Below are positions 26,535-32,000 of a DNA stretch of 32,000 bases, piece by piece; position 1 is the first letter of the stretch; every line of letters starts with the position of its first letter. The notes under the pieces are model-generated. The model was not told where the DNA came from. It ran no database searches and worked only from the letters and a program-made list of their open reading frames with translations. The stretch covers positions 12,672-44,671 of the forward strand of contig CAAEUZ010000090.1 of the NCBI GenBank assembly GCA_900759385.1, given 5' to 3'. The stretch comes from an uncultured Oscillospiraceae bacterium. GTDB lineage: Bacteria > Bacillota > Clostridia > Oscillospirales > Oscillospiraceae. The position numbers and the translations under genes are program-made.

Positions 26535-26563
26535 TTGCAATTCGCTTTTGTTTCTGCTATACT
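26535..26563 (+). promoter_or_regulatory. Promoter of the XRE-regulator/integrase genes
   Basis: TTGCAA, 17 nt, TATACT. GAGGTGA SD precedes the ATG at 26583. Confidence 0.6.
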
Positions 26564-26582
26564 CATCTCGAGGTGAATTTGA

Positions 26583-27260
26583 ATGGCACATTTCGATGAA
26601 TCAGATGATTTCAACTATGAGGCACAAAGCTCTGAGTCATACGACGCGAAGGAAATCGGTCGCCGAATAAAACTGGCTCGGAAGGCAAGACGTATAAGCC
26701 AGAAAGAGCTGGCTGAAATGCTCAACCGCTCACTCAGGACAATCCAGAAATATGAGAGCGGTGATATTGAAGTTTCAGTCGCGGCACTTGTTTCCGTCTG
26801 CCAAGCGCTGCGCGTCCCGCTTTCGTATCTGGTGGGTCTTGGGACACGCAAGGCTCTTATCACGAGTCTTGCCGACGTAATGGACTTCCTGTTCATGCTT
26901 GAAAAAGTGAAAGAACTCCACTTTGCAATCGAAGTTGAAAAGCCACCAAAGGACAGGGACTGGAGATGCTCCGTCTCTTTCAGCGGCACAGGTACGAACG
27001 CCAAACACAATGCCGCGCTCTGCCTTCTGCTTGAACAGTGGCAAGACCAACGCGAAAAACTCGCCGCGGACAAAATTACGGATAAGGACTATTCCGACTG
27101 GAAAGACCAGACCATATCCTACTGCTCCTTTGAGCGTATTGAACCTGTCGGGAGCAAAAATTCTGATCCCATGGGGCGTCCGTCCGATGAAGCATCCGAA
27201 GAAACAAATGTTCTCTCCGGGGATGAAATGGCAGCGTTGCGTAATCTGCTGAGTAAATAA
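26583..27260 (+). CDS. XRE-family HTH regulator (cI/Stl-like repressor candidate) with a ~140-aa C-terminal domain of unknown function
   Basis: HTH_3 core IGRRIKLARKARRISQKELAEMLNRSLRTIQKYESGD. It is divergent from the xis/rep genes and lies directly upstream of int. Confidence 0.85.
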   Translation: MAHFDESDDFNYEAQSSESYDAKEIGRRIKLARKARRISQKELAEMLNRSLRTIQKYESGDIEVSVAALVSVCQALRVPLSYLVGLGTRKALITSLADVMDFLFMLEKVKELHFAIEVEKPPKDRDWRCSVSFSGTGTNAKHNAALCLLLEQWQDQREKLAADKITDKDYSDWKDQTISYCSFERIEPVGSKNSDPMGRPSDEASEETNVLSGDEMAALRNLLSK

Positions 27261-27303
27261 GCGAATTGAATACAGACCGTGACTTGGGAGAAAGGAGCGA
27301 TTC

Positions 27304-28379
27304 GTGTCAGTAACGAAGGACAGTAAAACAGACAAGTGGATGGCTCAGCTCCGTGTCAAGGATTGGACGGGCAAGGTCATCCACAAGAAAAAGCGCGGCT
27401 TCGCGACTAAGCGGGAGGCGCTGCAATGGGAAAGGGACTTCATAGCTCAGGCAAGCGCCAGCCTCGGCATGACGTTCAGGGACTTCATTGAGCTGTACAA
27501 ACAGGACATGGAAAAGCGGCTCAAGCCCTCGACCATCGCGGGCAAGAAATGGCTCATAGATTTGAAGATAACCCCTTTCTTCGGCAAGATACCTCTCAAT
27601 GAAATTAAGCCCACAGACATACGCCGTTGGCAAAATGGCCTGAGCAGCCATCGCGATGGGAACGGGAAACCATACTCCCAGACCTATCTGCGTTGTATCA
27701 ACAATCAGCTCACAGCGATTTTCAACTATGCGGTAAAATACTACGGCCTGAAAGAAAACCCCTGTCACAAGGCTGGGAGCATGGGTAAGAAAAACGCCGA
27801 CGAATGTTGTTCTGGACAAAGGACGAATTCTCTCAGTTCATAGCTGCACTCAAAGAGCGCCCCGCGTCCTACGCAGCGTTTATGACCCTGTACTACACGG
27901 GAATGCGCGAAGGAGAACTGCTGGCGCTGACTCCTGCCGACATAGACTTTGAAAAATCCATCATCATAAACAAGAGCTACCAGCGGCTCGGCAAAGAGGA
28001 CGTAATCTCAACGCCAAAGACCGAAAAGAGCAGACGCACAGTGACCATACCCTCCGTTCTTAGCGACTGTCTCAGGGAGTATATAGGCAAGTGCTATGGG
28101 CTTCAACCGACTGACCGGCTGTTCCCGTACACGAAAAGCTTCCTGTATCGCGAGATGGAATACGCCTGCAAGACCAGCGGCGTCAAGCGCATCCGCGTAC
28201 ACGACATTCGTCACAGCCACGCGGGCCTGCTTGTAGAAATGGGCTGTTCCCCGCTGCTCATAGCCGAGCGGCTCGGCCATGAGCGCGTCCAGACTACAAT
28301 GGAAACCTACAGCCATCTCTACCCCAACAAACAGGCCGAAGTAGCACGTCAGCTCGACGGCATATTCGCCGCAGGCTGA
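27304..28379 (+). pseudogene. int: Tyrosine recombinase / integrase (Tn916/phage-integrase type), split by a 1-nt frameshift near 27804
   Basis: ORF 27304..27843 carries the N-terminal SAM-like/core-binding part. ORF 27804..28379 carries the catalytic domain (R in YTGMREGEL, HDIRHSHA, Y in ETYSHLY). The two frames join as ...KKNADE|MLFWTKDEF if one A is restored in GAATG. Confidence 0.85.
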
Positions 28380-28400
28380 TGGCTACAACATCCTGCAAAG

Positions 28401-28418
28401 TGTAGCCAATTTGTAGCC
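28401..28418. repeat. Right arm-type repeat pair TGTAGCCAATTTGTAGCC, plus an inverted GGCTACA at 28381..28387
   Basis: It has the same 11-bp phasing and orientation as 18575..18592. It lies between the int stop and the attR core. Confidence 0.7.
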
Positions 28419-28420
28419 GC

Positions 28421-28469
28421 TAAAAATAGCAAAATCCCTGAAATGCCTGTAAGTACAGGCATTTCAGGG
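28421..28469 (-). terminator. Element-borne terminator now serving guaA
   Basis: CCCTGAAATGCCTGT-4 nt loop-ACAGGCATTTCAGGG (15-bp perfect stem). On the minus strand it is followed by ATTTTGCTATTTTTA, starting 20 nt after the guaA stop. Confidence 0.75.
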
Positions 28470-28488
28470 ATGTAAGGTATATTAAATT

Positions 28489-28501
28489 CTTATTCCCACT
28501 C
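28489..28501. repeat. attR core (CTTATTCCCACTC), containing the guaA stop codon
   Basis: Identical to 18460..18472. Confidence 0.8.
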
Positions 28502-29473
28502 GATCGTTGCGGGCGGCTTGGGGGTCAGGTCGTAGAGGACGCGGTTTACGCCGGGGACTTCGTTTGTTATGCGCTCGGTCAGGCGCTTCATCAGCGGCCA
28601 GGGGAGTTCTTCGACCTCGGCGGTCATGGCGTCGCGGGTGTTCACGGCACGGATGACGACCGGCCAGGCGTCCACGCGCTTGCCGTCGCGCACGCCGGTG
28701 CTGGTCACGGGCGGGACAACGGTGAAGTACTGCCAGACCGTCTTGTCCAGGCCCTCGCGGGCGAACTCCTCGCGCAGGATGGCGTCGCTCTCGCGCACGG
28801 CCTCGAGCCTGTCGCGGGTGATGGCACCGACGCAGCGCACGCCCAGGCCGGGGCCCGGGAAAGGCTGGCGGTAGACCATGGAGTCAGGCAGGCCCAGGGC
28901 CTTGCCGACCACGCGCACCTCGTCCTTATAGAGGAACTTGAGAGGCTCGACCAGCTCAAAGTGCATATCCTCCGGCAGACCGCCGACGTTGTGGTGGCTC
29001 TTTACAGGCCCGGACTCCACGATGTCAGGATAGATGGTGCCCTGGGCGAGGAAGCCGATGCCCTCCAGCTTGCGGGCCTCCTCCTCAAAGATGCGGATAA
29101 ACTCCTCGCCGATAATCTTGCGTTTGCGCTCCGGGTCGGCCACGCCGGCGAGCCTGTCCAGGAAGCGGTCAACCGCATCCACATATGTAAGGTTCGCGCC
29201 CAGCTGGTTGCGGAACACCTCTATGACCTGCTCGCTCTCGCCCTTGCGCATCAGCCCGTGGTTGACGTGCACGCACTCGAGCTGCCTGCCCACCGCCTTG
29301 ATGAGCAGCGCCGCCACGACGGATGAATCCACGCCGCCGGAGAGCGCGAGCAGGACTTTGCCCCCGCCGATCTGCGCGCGCAGCGCGGCGGTCTGCTCGG
29401 CAATGAACGCCTCGGCCAGCTCGGGAGTGGTGATACGCTCCATTTCAGGTCTTTTGTTTGATGAATTAGTCAT
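28490..29473 (-). CDS. guaA: GMP synthase, ATP-pyrophosphatase (PP-loop) plus dimerisation domains only; no glutamine amidotransferase domain
   Basis: PP-loop [11 protein letters not shown], the C-terminal ...KPPATIEWE, and 327 aa in total. GGAGG lies 5 nt before the ATG at 29473 (MTNSSNK). Confidence 0.9.
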   Translation of the reverse strand: MTNSSNKRPEMERITTPELAEAFIAEQTAALRAQIGGGKVLLALSGGVDSSVVAALLIKAVGRQLECVHVNHGLMRKGESEQVIEVFRNQLGANLTYVDAVDRFLDRLAGVADPERKRKIIGEEFIRIFEEEARKLEGIGFLAQGTIYPDIVESGPVKSHHNVGGLPEDMHFELVEPLKFLYKDEVRVVGKALGLPDSMVYRQPFPGPGLGVRCVGAITRDRLEAVRESDAILREEFAREGLDKTVWQYFTVVPPVTSTGVRDGKRVDAWPVVIRAVNTRDAMTAEVEELPWPLMKRLTERITNEVPGVNRVLYDLTPKPPATIEWE

Positions 29474-29506
29474 AACAGCCTCCAAAATTGGTAATTATAT
29501 GTCCGG

Positions 29507-30193
29507 GTGATTCACTTGACGATTGTAATTATCAGGACGCTTATCGTATATTTTGCCCTGCTGCTGTTCATGCGCCTCATGGGCAAGCGTCAGCTCAGCG
29601 AGCTGGAGCTGCCCGAGCTGGCAGTCGCCGTGCTCATAGCCGACCTCGGCGCGCACCCGCTGCAGGACATAGGCATACCCCTCATGAACGGGCTGCTGCC
29701 CATGGTCGTCCTCTTCTGCTGCGAGGTATTGATATCCGGCGCGGCGATGAAGAGCCCGCGCCTGCGCTCAGTGCTGTTTGGGCGGCCCAGCTTCCTCATA
29801 CGCAACGGCAAGATTGACCAGCGCGAAATGCGCCGCAGCCGCTTTACCCCCGATGAGCTGACGGAGCAGCTGCGCAGCAAGGACATCACTGACCTGTCCC
29901 ATGTGCAGTACGCCATCCTGGAGACGGACGGCGAGCTGAACGCCGTGCTCTATCCCCAGTACCGCCCCGCCACGGCCCAGGACCTGGGCCTCACGCCAAC
30001 AGGCGGCGGATACCCGGTCATAGTTGTCAACGACGGGCGCATCATGGGCGACAACCTCCGGTATCTAGGCCGGGACGAAAACTGGCTGCGCCGCGAGCTA
30101 AAGCGCTGGGGCCTGCGCTCGGCGCAGGAGGTATACCTGCTGGTAGCGGACGAGCGCGGCGCGCTTTTTTGCGCACCCAAGGAGGACAAGTGA
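29507..30193 (+). CDS. DUF421 (YetF-like) membrane protein
   Basis: LLLFMRLMGKRQLSELELPELAVAVLIADLG and a YetF-type C-terminal domain. The start is the GTG at 29507 or the TTG at 29516, which has GGGTGA 5 nt upstream. Confidence 0.85.
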   Translation: MIHLTIVIIRTLIVYFALLLFMRLMGKRQLSELELPELAVAVLIADLGAHPLQDIGIPLMNGLLPMVVLFCCEVLISGAAMKSPRLRSVLFGRPSFLIRNGKIDQREMRRSRFTPDELTEQLRSKDITDLSHVQYAILETDGELNAVLYPQYRPATAQDLGLTPTGGGYPVIVVNDGRIMGDNLRYLGRDENWLRRELKRWGLRSAQEVYLLVADERGALFCAPKEDK

Positions 30194-30573
30194 TGAAAAA
30201 GGAGATAGCCGCCCTCATTCTGCTCGCCGCGCTCGTGGCGGGAGGTTTTTACAACACGCACTACCTGGGTCAGTTCACCGGCGGCCTGAACGAGACTCTC
30301 TCGCTCTCGCGCGCGTACTGCGAAAACGGGGAATACGCAATGGCCCTTGAAGAAGCCGGCCGCGCCTCCGACGAGTGGCGCACGCACGAGTCATACTCGG
30401 GCATATTCCTGCGCCACACCGAAATCGACGCCGTCGGCTATGGCCTGCGTGACCTGACCGCCACACTCGCCTCAGATGAGCCGGAGGGGGCCGTGCCCCT
30501 CTACGCGAGCCTGATTGCGCACATTGAGAGCCTGTATGAGATGGAGCGTCTGAGCTTATCCAGTATTTTCTAG
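30193..30573 (+). CDS. DUF4363-family protein
   Basis: N-terminal TM helix and the HTEID...L..L..E...LSSIF pattern, in the usual pairing with DUF421. AAGGAGG SD upstream. The ATG overlaps the preceding TGA. Confidence 0.75.
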   Translation: MKKEIAALILLAALVAGGFYNTHYLGQFTGGLNETLSLSRAYCENGEYAMALEEAGRASDEWRTHESYSGIFLRHTEIDAVGYGLRDLTATLASDEPEGAVPLYASLIAHIESLYEMERLSLSSIF

Positions 30574-30824
30574 TGGCTTCTGCACACGCGCCGGCAGAGC
30601 CAGAGCAAAAACAGCACGGCAGTGAGCGCAAGCGCCAGCCAATAGACGACCATCCTGCCCACCGCAAATGCCAGCACCACACCGGCCGCCGGCACGGCAG
30701 CCAGGGCAAAGAGCGCGTTGGCCGCGCCTCCCAGCCTGCTTTGCCGGCTGCGTTTCAGCAGCACTCCCATGAGTAACAGAACCGCGCACACGCCGGCGGC
30801 CAGGGCAATCCAACGTACGTCCAT
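30570..30824 (-). CDS. 84-aa hypothetical membrane protein (3 predicted TM helices)
   Basis: GGAGG lies 7 nt before the ATG. The protein is strongly hydrophobic and the gene sits directly downstream of nrdR. Confidence 0.55.
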   Translation of the reverse strand: MDVRWIALAAGVCAVLLLMGVLLKRSRQSRLGGAANALFALAAVPAAGVVLAFAVGRMVVYWLALALTAVLFLLWLCRRVCRSH

Positions 30825-30886
30825 GGCAAAACCTCCAAGTCAGCATACTCTGCGGGCAGCATAGCTGCCGGGAGACGGGGTATATA

Positions 30887-31348
30887 TCAACTGTCCTTCT
30901 GCTTGAGCAGCTTGGTCAGCTCCTCCATAAACGTGTTTATGTCCTTGAAAGACCTGTACACGCTGGCGAAACGGACGTAGGCAACCTCGTCCACGTCCTT
31001 CAGCCTGTCCATCACCATCTCGCCTATCTCCGTGGTGCTTATCTCGCGCTCCAGGTTGCTCTGCAGCTCCTGCTCGATGTCGTCCGCTATCTGCTCGAGC
31101 GCATTGAGCGCCACGGGGCGTTTTTCGCAGGCGCGCACCATGCCGTTGATGAGCTTGACCTTATCAAAGGTCTGCCGGGAGCCGTCGCGCTTGATGACCA
31201 CCAGTGGCAGGCGCTCTATGATCTCATACGTGGTAAAGCGCTTCTGGCAGGCCAGACACTCGCGGCGGCGGCGGATGGTCGCCCCCTCTTCGGCGGGGCG
31301 GGAATCTATAACGCGGCTCTCGGAATAGCCGCAGAACGGGCATTTCAT
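30887..31348 (-). CDS. nrdR: Transcriptional repressor NrdR
   Basis: MKCPFCG...[12 protein letters not shown] zinc ribbon followed by an ATP-cone domain. Confidence 0.95.
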   Translation of the reverse strand: MKCPFCGYSESRVIDSRPAEEGATIRRRRECLACQKRFTTYEIIERLPLVVIKRDGSRQTFDKVKLINGMVRACEKRPVALNALEQIADDIEQELQSNLEREISTTEIGEMVMDRLKDVDEVAYVRFASVYRSFKDINTFMEELTKLLKQKDS

Positions 31349-31494
31349 TGTGAGTAAACCTCCCAGTATTCACAGCTTTACATAATTATATCACACATGT
31401 TTACCGAGCGCCACAGGCAATAAGGGCCTGCTGGCAATTTTTTTGCGTTGTTTTGCCCCGCCTTGCGGCGGTACAATGGGCCCAGGTGATACAT

Positions 31495-31737
31495 ATGAAA
31501 ACCATGAGGAGGATCCTCGCCATGTCCGCTCCCGCCTGGGAGGTAACCCTGCGCTCGCTTCAGCTCAGCTGCTGCATGCTCTTCTGCGCATTTATGCTCC
31601 TCATCGACGCAGGCACATATACCGCCGACACGAGCTACGCCTACAATCTCGCCTATGAGCTGGCTCTGATGCCGCAGGCTGTCCTGCTCATAGGCATGAT
31701 AGCAGGTGCCGTCATTGAGGAGCGGTCAGCTCAGTGA
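31495..31737 (+). CDS. 80-aa hypothetical membrane protein
   Basis: AGGTGA lies 5 nt before the ATG at 31495. There are two hydrophobic segments. The 3' end overlaps the convergent rnmV by 26 nt. Confidence 0.45.
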   Translation: MKTMRRILAMSAPAWEVTLRSLQLSCCMLFCAFMLLIDAGTYTADTSYAYNLAYELALMPQAVLLIGMIAGAVIEERSAQ

Positions 31738-32000
31738 CCGCTCTCTCCAGCTCTTCGCGCGTATAGAGCGCCCCCAGCACGTCACGCAGGGCGCCGCCCT
31801 TGAGCTTGTCCGGCAGCCCCAGCTTCGCAAGAAGCGCGGAGCGCAGCGCGGCGCTGCCCGGCTTCCCGCTCAGGCCCAGGGCATAGAGGTCGGCCGCGCT
31901 GATGTCCCCCGCCCCGCCCCGGGACGCTTCTTCGCCATCAAAGGTGGCCCCGGCGCGGCGCAGGGCTTCGATCAGCACCTCCGGCTTCATTCCCTCGACT
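31712..32000 (-). CDS. rnmV: Ribonuclease M5, C-terminal part (5' end outside the window)
   Basis: DISAADLYALGLSGKPGSAALRSALLAKLGLPDKLKGGALRDVL aligns by eye with the C-terminal region of B. subtilis RnmV (DISAEDLIHAGLIGGPAAK...). The frame is still open at base 32000. Confidence 0.65.
   Translation of the reverse strand, partial: VEGMKPEVLIEALRRAGATFDGEEASRGGAGDISAADLYALGLSGKPGSAALRSALLAKLGLPDKLKGGALRDVLGALYTREELERAVTELTAPQ

Larger units (their letters stand above)
18460..28501. mobile_element. ~10.0-kb integrated island at the guaA 3' end (tyrosine-integrase element with a PICI/IME-like core and maltodextrin-utilisation cargo), probably immobilised
   Basis: The evidence is a 13-bp perfect direct repeat at both borders, conserved 18-bp arm repeats inside both ends, and int adjacent to guaA. 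An orphan guaA terminator lies beyond the far border. Hand-sampled 60-nt lines show visibly lower GC than the flanks. Confidence 0.8.

Noticed and set aside
26399-26614. 72-codon N-terminal extension of the Xis-like ORF (start at 26614)
   Set aside because: It would cover the divergent promoter/operator region and overlap the XRE gene start. The ATG at 26398 has a GGAGG SD, and the 67-aa product is a complete HTH protein.

Overview
High-GC, Gram-positive-looking chromosome segment. My guess is a spore-forming Clostridia / Oscillospirales-type organism, based on SLH surface protein, YetF/DUF421 and tiny Cys-rich TM peptide genes; this is inference only. Most of the window is housekeeping. On the minus strand there is mltG, then a probable operon guaB-cobB-tagA-like-tmk-5-formyl-THF cyclo-ligase, then an ATGA-coupled 8-oxoG glycosylase/NUDIX pair. 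Further along are a GNAT/MBL-hydrolase pair, a tRNA-Asp/tRNA-Thr operon, a secreted NodB-like protein, MarR-MATE, a 1339-aa SLH-anchored repeat protein, a DUF421/DUF4363 pair, nrdR and the 3' end of rnmV. Many long ORFs in the supplied track are antisense artefacts of the high GC content. The stand-out feature is a ~10.0-kb island (18460..28501) inserted exactly at the stop codon of guaA. It is bounded by a perfect 13-bp direct repeat of the guaA 3' end. Both inner ends carry a conserved 18-bp pair of 11-bp-phased TGTAGCC repeats, which I read as arm-type integrase sites. The insertion has separated guaA from its original rho-independent terminators. The island has a SaPI/PICI-like core: a tyrosine integrase (frameshifted) and an XRE repressor, divergent from an Xis-like HTH gene and a RepA-like ATPase, followed by an ori-like repeat cluster. 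Where a packaging or transfer module would sit, it carries a complete LacI-controlled maltodextrin uptake plus GH13 hydrolase cassette. Other points worth a second look are an unlisted 47-aa ORF with 11 Cys, a guaA that encodes only the ATP-pyrophosphatase half of GMP synthase, a catalytically degenerate NodB domain, and two ORFs with odd ends (1..991 and 13148..13669). No CRISPR array, rRNA or recognisable defence system was seen.
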